Shown: in pieces, positions 8,210 through 17,285 of the stretch
Layout: every line of letters starts with the position of its first letter
Position numbering within the stretch: position 1 is the stretch's first letter
Source of the DNA: Minisyncoccota bacterium
GTDB taxonomy: Bacteria; Patescibacteriota; Minisyncoccia; Phycocordibacterales; UBA12079
NCBI GenBank assembly: GCA_023140255.1
Contig: JAGLLX010000003.1
Location: forward strand, 7,485 to 71,484
Direction: 5' to 3'
DNA: 64,000 nt
The notes under the pieces: model-generated
Seen by the model: only the letters and a program-made list of their open reading frames with translations
Told to the model about the DNA's origin: nothing
Databases searched by the model: none
Made by a program: the position numbers and the translations under genes

Positions 8210-9871
8210 ATGAAAGACCTTAATCCTATCACATATTTCGCTGAAGCAGATCGGCGTAATAAAAGAACTCCGTTTGGCATAAAGGCTAGTGATAGAACTC
8301 GTCATGTTTATGTTATTGGTAAGACTGGTATGGGAAAATCTACTATGCTGGAAAATATGGCCGTGCAAGATATTAAAGAAGGGAATGGAATTTGTTTTAT
8401 AGATCCTCACGGACAATCAGTTAAAAAGTTTTTAGATTATATTCCAGAAGAAAGAATTGAGGATGTAATTTATTTTGCTCCTTTTGATGTAGATAATCCT
8501 ATTTCTTTTAATGTTATGGAAGATGTTGGTTCTGATAAAAGACACTTAGTGGCCCAAGGACTTCTCTCAGCTTTTAAAAAGATTTGGGGAGAAGAAACTT
8601 TTTCAGATAGAATGGAACATATTACTAACAATACTTTATTGGCTCTTTTAGAATACCCAGGTTCAACTATGTTGGGTATGACTAAAATTTTTACAGACGC
8701 AAAATATCGTAAAAAAGTTGTAGATAATATTACCGATCCATCTGTAAAATCTTTTTGGACTGATGAATTTGCTGGTTGGGATGAAAGATATAGAAAAGAT
8801 GCTTATGCTGCTATTTTGAATAAGGTAGGACAATTTACTTCTAACCCTTTAATTAGAAATATTATTGGACAGAAAAAATCATCTTTTAGTTTTAGAGATA
8901 TTATAGATAACAAAAAGATTCTTTTGGTTAATTTATCCATTGGGCAAGTAGGGGAAGCTAATGCTGATTTGTTGGGTTCAATGCTAACTACTAAAATTTA
9001 TTTAGCAGCTATGAGTCGTGCTGATGTATCAACTGAGGAATTAGCTAAATTACCTAATTTTTATTTGTATATTGATGAGTTTCAGAACTTAGCTAATGAT
9101 TCTTTTGCTGATATTTTATCTCAAGCAAGAAAATATAAATTAAATTTAACTATTGCTCACCAATATGTTGAACAAATGCCTGATGTAGTGCGAGCTGCAG
9201 TATTTGGAAACGTTGGAACGATGATTGCTTTTAGAGTAGGAGCGACTGATGCTGAGCAATTAGAAAAAGAATTTTCTCCTGAATTTACAGCTGATGATTT
9301 GGTTAATTTAGGATTTGCTCAAATTTATTTAAGGTTAATGATTGATGGAATTGGTTCCACACCTTTTTCAGCCAAGACTTTGCCGCCAATTACTAAACCA
9401 GAATTTTCCTATGAAACAGAAGTGATAGAATCTTCTAGAAAATTGTTTACTCGTAAAAAACAAGAAGTTGAGACAAATATTGAAGAATGGCTTAACTCTA
9501 CAAAGGTTAAACCACAAGAACAGCCTAAGAAAACAACAGGATCTTTTAATAAAACAAAGGAACCTTTCAGGAAAACAACAGGATTATCTACTAATAATCA
9601 AATTAATAATAAGCATACTTGTACAATTCAACCGATAACTAACAGAACTAATACAACGAATGGAAACCATAAGCCTATTGAAAAAAATAATTCATTAAAA
9701 GAGGCTTTGTCAGAAGCTTTGAAGGATTTAGAAAAAGACAATAAGAACGAATCCAATTTAGATAGCAATAACAGAAATACTTCTCTTGTGGAACAAAAAC
9801 AAAGTAAAGAGATTGCAAAAACTGATTTGGAAAAAATGTTATATGTTAAGCATCCTAAAGGAAATAACTAA
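8210..9871 (+). CDS. VirD4/TraD-like type IV coupling-protein-family P-loop ATPase (no TM segments), low-complexity C-terminal tail
   Basis: Walker A VIGKTGMGKST and Walker B LYIDEFQNLA. The N-terminus FAEADRRNKRTPFGIK...RHVYVIGKTGMGKS resembles T4SS DNA-transfer ATPases. The C-terminal ~150 aa are N/K/T-rich. Confidence 0.5.
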   Translation: MKDLNPITYFAEADRRNKRTPFGIKASDRTRHVYVIGKTGMGKSTMLENMAVQDIKEGNGICFIDPHGQSVKKFLDYIPEERIEDVIYFAPFDVDNPISFNVMEDVGSDKRHLVAQGLLSAFKKIWGEETFSDRMEHITNNTLLALLEYPGSTMLGMTKIFTDAKYRKKVVDNITDPSVKSFWTDEFAGWDERYRKDAYAAILNKVGQFTSNPLIRNIIGQKKSSFSFRDIIDNKKILLVNLSIGQVGEANADLLGSMLTTKIYLAAMSRADVSTEELAKLPNFYLYIDEFQNLANDSFADILSQARKYKLNLTIAHQYVEQMPDVVRAAVFGNVGTMIAFRVGATDAEQLEKEFSPEFTADDLVNLGFAQIYLRLMIDGIGSTPFSAKTLPPITKPEFSYETEVIESSRKLFTRKKQEVETNIEEWLNSTKVKPQEQPKKTTGSFNKTKEPFRKTTGLSTNNQINNKHTCTIQPITNRTNTTNGNHKPIEKNNSLKEALSEALKDLEKDNKNESNLDSNNRNTSLVEQKQSKEIAKTDLEKMLYVKHPKGNN

Positions 9872-11288
9872 TTATATAATTAAGAAAAAACAACTATCAA
9901 TAATAGTTGTTTTTTGTATCTTAGTTTTTAACCCAGCTATTCTTTTTGCCCAAATTGAAATAACTGAAATAATGTATGATTTAGAAATTGGTGGTGACAC
10001 AGGAAGGGAATGGATAGAGATTTACAATTCAGGAACAGGAGATATTGATATTAGTGAATTAAAATTATATGAAGCTGAAACTAATCATAAAATAAAACCA
10101 ATTATAGAAGACGGAAATACTATTTTAGCAGGAGGTGATTATGCAATTTTAGTAGATAATTATGAAAAATTTAAAGAAGATTGGCCGAATTTTTCAGGTT
10201 TAGTTCTAGATACAGCTTTTTCTTTAAAAAATACAGGTGAATTATTAATCTTAAGAAATTCTGAATTAGTAGATATTGATTCAGTTAATTATTTATCTGA
10301 TTGGGGAGCAAATGGAGATGGAAAATCTTTGCAAAAAATAAATGGAGATTGGCTGGGTGCTTCTCCTAGTCTAGGAAAAAGTAATTCTTCAGATTTCTCT
10401 GAAGAAGAGGAAGAAGATTCAGGAAATGAAACAATAGAGCCTTCTTCTCAAAGTTCAGGTTTTGACTTCATTGAAATAAATATAAAAGCAAAAATTGATT
10501 CACTTGAATATTTACCTGTAGCAGGAGCAGATGTTGTTTTTAAAGGAAAAGCTTTAGGTTTAGAGAATGAACTTTTAGAAAACGCTAGTTATCAATGGGC
10601 ATTTGGAGATGGAACTAAAGGAAAGGGTCAGAGCATTTTACATAATTTTACTTATCCAGGGGAATATTTGGTTGTTATGGAAGTTATTTCTGGAGAATAT
10701 GCTACTTCTGATAGATTAAAAATAAAAGTTATTCCATCTGAAATGATTATTTCATCTATAAACTTAGATTTAAATAATAATTTTATTGAAATATATAATC
10801 CTTCAAATTATGAAGTTAATCTTTCTTGGTGGAGATTAAGAACTGATAACACTTTTTTTACTTTTCCTAAAAATACTATTTTATTACCGAATTCTCATTT
10901 AAAATTATCTTTTAATGTTACTCAATTATTAGTAAAAGAAAATTCAATAGTGCAATTGCTTTATCCAAACGGAATGTTAACCTTTAATTATTCATTTAAA
11001 GAAGATTCTGGACTAGTTACTTATGTTGAAAGTCCAAAACTTTCGGTGGAACAGAAAATAACACCAATTGTTCAAAAATCAGTGATTTATTCAGTAGAAA
11101 AACCAGTAGAAGATGGTATTTCTGAGCAGGTGGCTACAATAAAAGATTCTCTAGGTGGCGAAGATACTGAAAAAAGTAAATTTCCTTTGAATAAATGGAA
11201 TTTGATGCTAGGTGGAATCACTTTTATTGCTGTTGTTGGAGTGGCTTATGCGACAAAATTAGATTCAGACAATGAAAATCTTTTTTGA
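9843..11288 (+). CDS. Cell-surface protein with two lamin-tail domains (LTD), a PKD domain and a C-terminal TM anchor
   Basis: LTD-like EITEIMYD...EWIEIYNSG and FIEIYNPSNYEVNLSWWRL. PKD-like WAFGDGTKGKGQSILHNFTYPGEYLVVMEV. Hydrophobic C-terminus. The start was chosen at the internal Met (9843); the tabulated ORF starts at 9786 and overlaps the upstream gene. Confidence 0.55.
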   Translation: MLSILKEITNYIIKKKQLSIIVVFCILVFNPAILFAQIEITEIMYDLEIGGDTGREWIEIYNSGTGDIDISELKLYEAETNHKIKPIIEDGNTILAGGDYAILVDNYEKFKEDWPNFSGLVLDTAFSLKNTGELLILRNSELVDIDSVNYLSDWGANGDGKSLQKINGDWLGASPSLGKSNSSDFSEEEEEDSGNETIEPSSQSSGFDFIEINIKAKIDSLEYLPVAGADVVFKGKALGLENELLENASYQWAFGDGTKGKGQSILHNFTYPGEYLVVMEVISGEYATSDRLKIKVIPSEMIISSINLDLNNNFIEIYNPSNYEVNLSWWRLRTDNTFFTFPKNTILLPNSHLKLSFNVTQLLVKENSIVQLLYPNGMLTFNYSFKEDSGLVTYVESPKLSVEQKITPIVQKSVIYSVEKPVEDGISEQVATIKDSLGGEDTEKSKFPLNKWNLMLGGITFIAVVGVAYATKLDSDNENLF

Positions 11289-11334
11289 TTTTAAAAATAG
11301 GGGGTTTTTGGTACAATAAATAAGGTATATATCA

Positions 11335-11452
11335 GTCCCGTTAGAGATTTGGCGGGAAAAAGATTAGTAATTTAATTTGAAGATAGTTATTAAAAGTAAG
11401 GGACTTGTCCCGTTAGAGATACTTTTAATAAAGTATCTCTAACGGGATGAGT
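11335..11452. repeat. Dispersed structured element, copy 2
   Basis: Near-identical to copy 1. The internal hairpin gttagagatac/gtatctctaac is perfect. The 3' arm runs into the ATG of the GT gene at 11447. Confidence 0.7.
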
Positions 11453-12631
11453 AATAAAAGAATTTTAATATTTTCTACAGCTTATTATCCTTTTGTAGGT
11501 GGAGCTGAGGTGGCCATAAAAGAGATTACTGATCGTACTAGCGGGATAGATTTTCATATGCTTACTGCTAGAATGGATAGGACTCTATCTAAAAAAGAAA
11601 AGATAGGAAATATTTTAGTACATAGAATAGGGTTTGGGATTCCTAAGATTGATAAATTATGTCTTGCTTTTTTTGGATTTTTTTATGCTCAAAGATTACA
11701 AAAACAAAATAAATATTCAGTTGTTTGGGCTATGATGGCAAGTTATGGAGGTTTCGCTGCTTCAAAATTTAAATTTTTAAATCCAGAGATAAATTTTCTA
11801 CTAACTTTGCAGGAAGGAGATAGCCTTGATTATATTGCTAAAAGAACTTACTTTGTTAAAAAACAATTTAAAGATATTTTTATACGAGCTGATAAAATAC
11901 AATGTATTAGTACTTATCTAGCTGAATGGGCAAAAATGATGGGAGCAAGATGTTCTATTGAGGTGATTCCAAACGGAGTAGATATTAAAAACTTTTCACA
12001 AGAATATTCTGAAAAAGAATTATCTGATTTAAAATTAAAATTTAATAAAACACTAGAAGATAAGTTTTTGATTCATACGGGACGTTTAACTTATAAAAAT
12101 GCTGTAGATGATTTAATTCAAGCTCTTATTTATTTACCAGAGAGTATTAAAATATTATTGGTTGGAAAGGGAGAAGACGAAGAAAAATTGAGAGCTATTG
12201 TTCAAGAAAAAGGCTTGAAAAATAGAGTTTATTTTTTAGGATTTATTGATCATAAAGAAATTCCACAATATTTAAGAATTTCTGATATTTTTGTAAGGGC
12301 TTCATTGTCAGAAGGATTAGGAAATTCATTTTTAGAAGCGATGTTAACTTCTTTACCTGTAATTGCTACTCAAGAAGGTGGAATCGTAGATTTTTTGTTT
12401 GATGAAAAAAGAAATCCTAATAAAGAAGTAACAGGTTGGGCTGTTGATTCTAGAAGCCCTGAGCAAATAGCGGAAGCAGTTAAATGTATTTTAAGTAATT
12501 CTGAGAAAGCTAAAAAAGTTACTGATACTGCTAAAAAAATGGTTTTAGAAAAATATAATTGGGATATTTTAGCAAAAGAAATGCAAGAAAAAGTTTTTAA
12601 TAAATTATTTGGAAGCCGGGCTTCCAAATGA
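11447..12631 (+). CDS. Glycosyltransferase family 1 (GT4); the last 7 codons and the stop are supplied by a REP palindrome
   Basis: GT4 EX7E region SEGLGNSFLEAM. The C-terminus ...FGSRASK* is encoded by tttggaagccgggcttccaaaTGA. Confidence 0.75.
   Translation: MSNKRILIFSTAYYPFVGGAEVAIKEITDRTSGIDFHMLTARMDRTLSKKEKIGNILVHRIGFGIPKIDKLCLAFFGFFYAQRLQKQNKYSVVWAMMASYGGFAASKFKFLNPEINFLLTLQEGDSLDYIAKRTYFVKKQFKDIFIRADKIQCISTYLAEWAKMMGARCSIEVIPNGVDIKNFSQEYSEKELSDLKLKFNKTLEDKFLIHTGRLTYKNAVDDLIQALIYLPESIKILLVGKGEDEEKLRAIVQEKGLKNRVYFLGFIDHKEIPQYLRISDIFVRASLSEGLGNSFLEAMLTSLPVIATQEGGIVDFLFDEKRNPNKEVTGWAVDSRSPEQIAEAVKCILSNSEKAKKVTDTAKKMVLEKYNWDILAKEMQEKVFNKLFGSRASK
12608..12628. repeat. REP-like palindrome, copy 1
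   Basis: tttggaagccgggcttccaaa: a 10-bp stem with a 1-nt loop, GC-rich in an AT-rich context. Confidence 0.8.
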
Positions 12632-12643
12632 TATAATTATGTT

Positions 12644-13336
12644 ATGCCAAGAAGAAAAATTACATTTGAAAATGGGGAATTTTATCACATATATAATCGT
12701 GGAGTAGATAAGCGTAATATTGTAAAAAATAAAAATGATATTATGCGAATGTTAGAAAGTCTTGAAGTTTTTAATACAACAGAACTGATTGGAAGTATTT
12801 ATGAAGATACTCGTAGAAAAAGAAATAACCAATTTGGAAGCCGGGCTTCCAAATTGGTTGATATTCTAGCATTTAATATCTTAGATAATCATTATCATCT
12901 TGTTTTAAAACAATTAAGTGATGGAGGTATTAGTAAGTTTATGCATTCTTTTGGAACAGGTTATGCAAAACACTTTAATGAAAAATATGATAGAGTAGGG
13001 TCTTTATTTCAAGGAGTTTTTAAAGCTGAGCACATAAACTCTGATAAATATTTAAGTTATGTAGTTTCTTATGTAAATATTAATCACTTTATTCATAGTT
13101 ATGAATCATTTGGAAGTTCTATCTCTGAATGGGGAATGAGAAGCAGTTTAGAACAATATGTGGATCATAGAAGAGAACATAAGAATAAGTATTTTGAATG
13201 TGATATTGATATAATTAAAAGTAGATTTAAAAATGGAAAGGAATATTTAAAAGAAGCTATTGAAATTTCTAAAAATATTAAGGAGAGAAGAAAAGATAAA
13301 AATTTGGAAGCCGGGCTTCCAAATGATAGTTTTTAA
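12644..13336 (+). CDS. REP-associated tyrosine transposase (RAYT/IS200-like HuH Y1 transposase)
   Basis: N-terminal FYHIYNRGVDKRNIV, the HuH motif NHYHLVL, and downstream Tyr residues (KYLSYVVSY). It is flanked by, and internally contains, REP palindromes. Confidence 0.65.
   Translation: MPRRKITFENGEFYHIYNRGVDKRNIVKNKNDIMRMLESLEVFNTTELIGSIYEDTRRKRNNQFGSRASKLVDILAFNILDNHYHLVLKQLSDGGISKFMHSFGTGYAKHFNEKYDRVGSLFQGVFKAEHINSDKYLSYVVSYVNINHFIHSYESFGSSISEWGMRSSLEQYVDHRREHKNKYFECDIDIIKSRFKNGKEYLKEAIEISKNIKERRKDKNLEAGLPNDSF
12834..12854. repeat. REP-like palindrome, copy 2 (inside the RAYT CDS, in frame: QFGSRASKL)
   Basis: Identical 21-mer. Confidence 0.8.
13304..13324. repeat. REP-like palindrome, copy 3 (end of the RAYT CDS: LEAGLPN)
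   Basis: Identical 21-mer, read in the other frame. Confidence 0.8.
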
Positions 13337-13352
13337 TAAATTAATATAAAAA

Positions 13353-14462
13353 ATGAAAATTTTAATCACAACAGGAATATATCCTCCAGATATTGGAGGG
13401 CCAGCAACTTATTCAAAATTACTTTTTGATAAATTGCCAGAGAGAGGGGTAGAAGTAAAAATTTTATCTTTTGGTGAAGTTCGTAATTTACCTAAAATAA
13501 TTAGACATTTTGTTTATTTTTATAAGATTTTAATAAGAGGGCGGAAGGTAGATGTGATTTATGCTCAAGATCCAGTGAGTGTAGGTTTTCCAACTATGTT
13601 AGCTAATAAGATTTTAAAGAAAAGATTTTTGATTCGGATTGCGGGCGATTATGCTTGGGAACAAGGGGTGCAAAGATTTGAGGTAAAAGATAAGTTAGAT
13701 GATTTTTCTGCTCAAAAAGATAAATATGGTTTTTTTGTTTCTTTATTTAAGAAAATTCAGACTAAGGTGGCTCAATCTGCAGAAAGAATAATTGTACCTA
13801 GTAGATATTTTAAAGGGGTGATAGAAAATTGGGGGATAGATTCAGAAAAAATTAAGGTAATTTATAATGGGATAGATATTTTTAAAAACGTGGAAGCCCG
13901 GCTTCCACGGTTTCCACGGGGTTTAAATAATGGGGGGAAGGTTTTGTTATCAGTTGGAAGACTGGTTCCTTGGAAGGGTTTTGATGTTTTAATTGAATGT
14001 ATGCCTGAAATTTTGAAAAATTATCCTGATTTACAATTGAAAATTGTAGGTGAAGGTCCTCAAAGACAAGAATTAGAAGGCTTGATTAAGAATTTAGATT
14101 TAGAAGAAAATGTTATTTTGACGGGTCAAATTGTTAGAGAAGAATTATTATTATTAAAAAAAGAAGCTGATATCTTTTTATTTAATACTAATTGGGAATC
14201 TTTTTCTTTTGATACTGTGGAATGTATGAATTTGAGATTACCAGTTATTACTACTAAAGTGGGGTCATTACCAGAACTAATTCAGGATGATATAGACGGA
14301 ATTTTAATAGAACCAAATAATAAAAAACAAATATTAAGTGCTATTGTTAAAATTTTTGTAAATGATCAATTTAGAGAGAAAATTATTGAAAACGCCTATA
14401 ATAAATCTAAACAATTTTCTATTGAAAATACTCTAAATAACTTAGAAAAAGTTCTAAAATAA
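13353..14462 (+). CDS. Glycosyltransferase family 1 (GT4)
   Basis: Two Rossmann halves and an E..E motif near the C-terminus. A REP variant is inserted at the inter-domain linker. Confidence 0.7.
   Translation: MKILITTGIYPPDIGGPATYSKLLFDKLPERGVEVKILSFGEVRNLPKIIRHFVYFYKILIRGRKVDVIYAQDPVSVGFPTMLANKILKKRFLIRIAGDYAWEQGVQRFEVKDKLDDFSAQKDKYGFFVSLFKKIQTKVAQSAERIIVPSRYFKGVIENWGIDSEKIKVIYNGIDIFKNVEARLPRFPRGLNNGGKVLLSVGRLVPWKGFDVLIECMPEILKNYPDLQLKIVGEGPQRQELEGLIKNLDLEENVILTGQIVREELLLLKKEADIFLFNTNWESFSFDTVECMNLRLPVITTKVGSLPELIQDDIDGILIEPNNKKQILSAIVKIFVNDQFREKIIENAYNKSKQFSIENTLNNLEKVLK
13889..13909. repeat. REP-like palindrome, variant copy 4 (inside the GT CDS: EARLPRFPRG)
   Basis: cgtggaagcccggcttccacg followed by a partial direct repeat, tttccacgg. 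Confidence 0.7.
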
Positions 14463-14505
14463 ATAATTCATTTTTTTATATTCATTATTTGTTATACTAA
14501 AGATA

Positions 14506-15660
14506 ATGAATATTTTAATGTTAAGTACTGACAAAAAAATATTTGAGGAAAAAAGCTTTGTAAGACAAAGGCTTTTAGACTATTCTGAGTTAGTTGATAA
14601 TTTATGTGTAATCGTTTTGAATTTAGATTCAGAATCTTATAAAAAAATAAGAATCGGTGAAAAATGTACGGTTTATCCAACTAATTCAACAAGTAAATTT
14701 TTATATATTTTTGATGCTATAAAAATTGCTTCAAATATTAAAGAATTTAAGTCTACAAACAAAAAAAAGATAGATTTAATTACTGCTCAAGACGCTTACG
14801 AGACAGGTTTTATTGCTTGGGTTATTTCTAAAAAAATTAAAATTAAACTAGAATTACAAATTCATACTGATTTGTTTAATAGATATTTTAAGAAACATTC
14901 GTTTGCTAATTTTTTTAGATCTACAATAGCTCGGTTTCTTTTGTCACAAGCAAATCATATTAGAGTTGTTTCCAAGAGGATAGAGCAATCTTTACCTAAA
15001 AAAATTCAAAAAAAACCAATTACAGTAGTTCCTATTTTTACAAGTTCAAACTTAATTCAAGTTTCAGCTCCAAACTTTTCTTTAAAAAAGAAATATTCTC
15101 AATTTAAATTTATAATTTTAATGATGTCTCGTTTGGAAAGTGAAAAAAATATTTCTTTAGCTATCTCTGCTATGGAAGATGTTATAGATATTTTCCCTAA
15201 GACTGGATTAATAATAGTGGGGGAAGGTTCACAGAGAAAAAATTTGAGAAGATTGGCTAGAAGAAAAGGTTTAGAAGAAAAAGTAATCTTTAAAAAATGG
15301 ACTGATGACCCTATTTCATATTACAAAACAGCTGATTTGTTTCTTTCAACCTCTAACTATGAGGGTTATGGGCTTTCTTTGGTTGAAGCAATTGTTTCTA
15401 AGTGTCCAATATTAACCACAAAAGTTGGAATAGTAGGAGAAGTCTTGAGTGGGAATAATGCTTTATTGTGTGAAGTAGGAAATGAAAAATGTATTGCTCA
15501 AAGTATAAAAAATGTTCAACAGCATCCTGAATTAGCAGAAGAATTGAAAGAAAAAGCATATAATGATTTTATGAATAAAATTCCGCAAAGCCGAAATGAA
15601 AATTTAGCCTTAATCAAAGAAGGTTGGTCAAAGGCTATAGGAGACGAGTTAAAAGTTTAA
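14506..15660 (+). CDS. Glycosyltransferase family 1 (GT4)
   Basis: YEGYGLSLVEAI is an EX7E-type motif. Confidence 0.7.
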   Translation: MNILMLSTDKKIFEEKSFVRQRLLDYSELVDNLCVIVLNLDSESYKKIRIGEKCTVYPTNSTSKFLYIFDAIKIASNIKEFKSTNKKKIDLITAQDAYETGFIAWVISKKIKIKLELQIHTDLFNRYFKKHSFANFFRSTIARFLLSQANHIRVVSKRIEQSLPKKIQKKPITVVPIFTSSNLIQVSAPNFSLKKKYSQFKFIILMMSRLESEKNISLAISAMEDVIDIFPKTGLIIVGEGSQRKNLRRLARRKGLEEKVIFKKWTDDPISYYKTADLFLSTSNYEGYGLSLVEAIVSKCPILTTKVGIVGEVLSGNNALLCEVGNEKCIAQSIKNVQQHPELAEELKEKAYNDFMNKIPQSRNENLALIKEGWSKAIGDELKV

Positions 15661-15729
15661 GGTCTATAAAGTCTAAAGTTAGTAATTAATTTTGTTAGAT
15701 AAGTTTTAGCTGTATACTTATATTTAAAT

Positions 15730-16131
15730 ATGAATAATTTTGATAAGTGGAATAAAAAGAAAAAAATATTAGATAAAAAAGATATTGATAATTTAAAAAT
15801 CTTTTTTAACAAAAGAGAGATTTGGTGGTGTGCAGTAGGAAATAATATAGGGTTAGAACAAAATGGAAAAGGAGAAAATTTTGAGAGACCTGTTCTGATT
15901 TTTAAAAAATTTAATAAATATGTATTTTTAGGAATTCCTTTAACAACAAAAGAGAAAAATTTAAAGTTGCCTTTTTATTTTAAACTTACAGGAGCAAAGA
16001 TAGAGTCAATAGCTGTTCTTTCGCAGATTAGACTTTTTAGTTCTAAAAGATTGCTTAGGGAAATAGAAACAATAAAACCAGAGTTATTTAAACAGCTTAA
16101 AAACCAATTAAGGATAGTAGAAGATTTATAA
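15730..16131 (+). CDS. MazF/PemK-family endoribonuclease toxin (orphan, with a ~25-aa N-terminal extension)
   Basis: REIWWCAVGNNIGLEQNGKG..ERPVLIF..LGIPLTTKEK...VLSQIRLFSSKRL aligns with the PemK/MazF core (EIW..dP..G.EQ.G.RPvLiv ... P.T). No antitoxin ORF was found within 100 bp. Confidence 0.6.
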   Translation: MNNFDKWNKKKKILDKKDIDNLKIFFNKREIWWCAVGNNIGLEQNGKGENFERPVLIFKKFNKYVFLGIPLTTKEKNLKLPFYFKLTGAKIESIAVLSQIRLFSSKRLLREIETIKPELFKQLKNQLRIVEDL

Positions 16132-16135
16132 AAAA

Positions 16136-16162
16136 GCCCCCCCACCTGTAAGGGTGGGGGGT
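16136..16162 (+). terminator. GC-rich terminator hairpin
   Basis: ccccccacc-tgtaa-gggtggggggt after the MazF-like gene. Confidence 0.55.
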
Positions 16163-16223
16163 CGACTGTCTCCAAAAGGAAACCATTTATACTTTAATAA
16201 TATATTATATATAAAAAAAGTCA

Positions 16224-17285
16224 ATGAAATTACTTATATTAACTCAACGGGTAGATAAAAATGATGATGTCCTTGGTTTTTTCCATGATTGGATAGCTGA
16301 GTTTGCTAAACGTTGTGAAAAAGTAACAGTGATTGCTTTGGGGGTGGGAGAATATGATTTACCAAGAAATGTGAAAGTTCTTTCCCTAGGGAAAGAACTT
16401 TCTAGTCAAATGTCGAAAGTCTATAAAGTCGAAAGTAAGAAAAAATATACTTTTAATTTTTATAGATATATTTGGTCTGAAAGAAATAGTTATGACAATG
16501 TCTTTGTACACATGAACCCTGAATATGTTGTTTTAGGAGGTCTTTTTTGGCGAATAATGGGTAAAAAAATAGGACTTTGGTATACACATAAGTCAGTTGA
16601 TTTAAAACTAAGAATTGCTGAAAAATTAACTCACACCATTTTTTCTGCATCAAAAGAATCTTTTCGTTTAAAAAGTAAAAAATTAAATATTGTGGGGCAT
16701 GGGATTGATATTAATAAATATATATGTAAATCAACATCTACTAGAAAAGAAATTGATATACTTTGTGTTGGAAGAATAAGCGAAATTAAAAATCAAAAAC
16801 TTTTGATAAATGCTGTTGATATTTTAGTTAATCAAAATAAGCAAAGGGATTTAAAGGTTGCTTTGATAGGAACTGCGACTTTATCTAAAGATAAACTTTA
16901 TTTAGATGAATTAAAAAATTTTGTTAATGAAAAAGGATTAAATAACAATATTATATTTGAGGGAAGTGTTCCTAATAAAGATATTCTTAAATATTATTGT
17001 AAATCAAAGATTGCGATCAATTTGTCTCCAACTGGTGGTTTAGATAAGGTTGTTTTAGAATCAATGGCCGTGGGCTTACCTACGATTGTTCTTAACAAAA
17101 CATTTAAAAATATTTTACCTAATAATTTTATAATTTCAGATAAGAATGCTTCTGTGTTAGCTGGGAAAATTAAGGAAATTTTAAAAGAGCCTGTTTTACA
17201 AAAACAATTAACAGAAAAAGTTAAAAGAGATTTTTCTTTACAAGAACTAATTACTAAAGTTCTTAATTTGTATTATGCAAAATAA
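16224..17285 (+). CDS. Glycosyltransferase family 1 (GT4)
   Basis: C-terminal Rossmann half with a GGLDKVVLESMAVGLP motif. Confidence 0.6.
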   Translation: MKLLILTQRVDKNDDVLGFFHDWIAEFAKRCEKVTVIALGVGEYDLPRNVKVLSLGKELSSQMSKVYKVESKKKYTFNFYRYIWSERNSYDNVFVHMNPEYVVLGGLFWRIMGKKIGLWYTHKSVDLKLRIAEKLTHTIFSASKESFRLKSKKLNIVGHGIDINKYICKSTSTRKEIDILCVGRISEIKNQKLLINAVDILVNQNKQRDLKVALIGTATLSKDKLYLDELKNFVNEKGLNNNIIFEGSVPNKDILKYYCKSKIAINLSPTGGLDKVVLESMAVGLPTIVLNKTFKNILPNNFIISDKNASVLAGKIKEILKEPVLQKQLTEKVKRDFSLQELITKVLNLYYAK

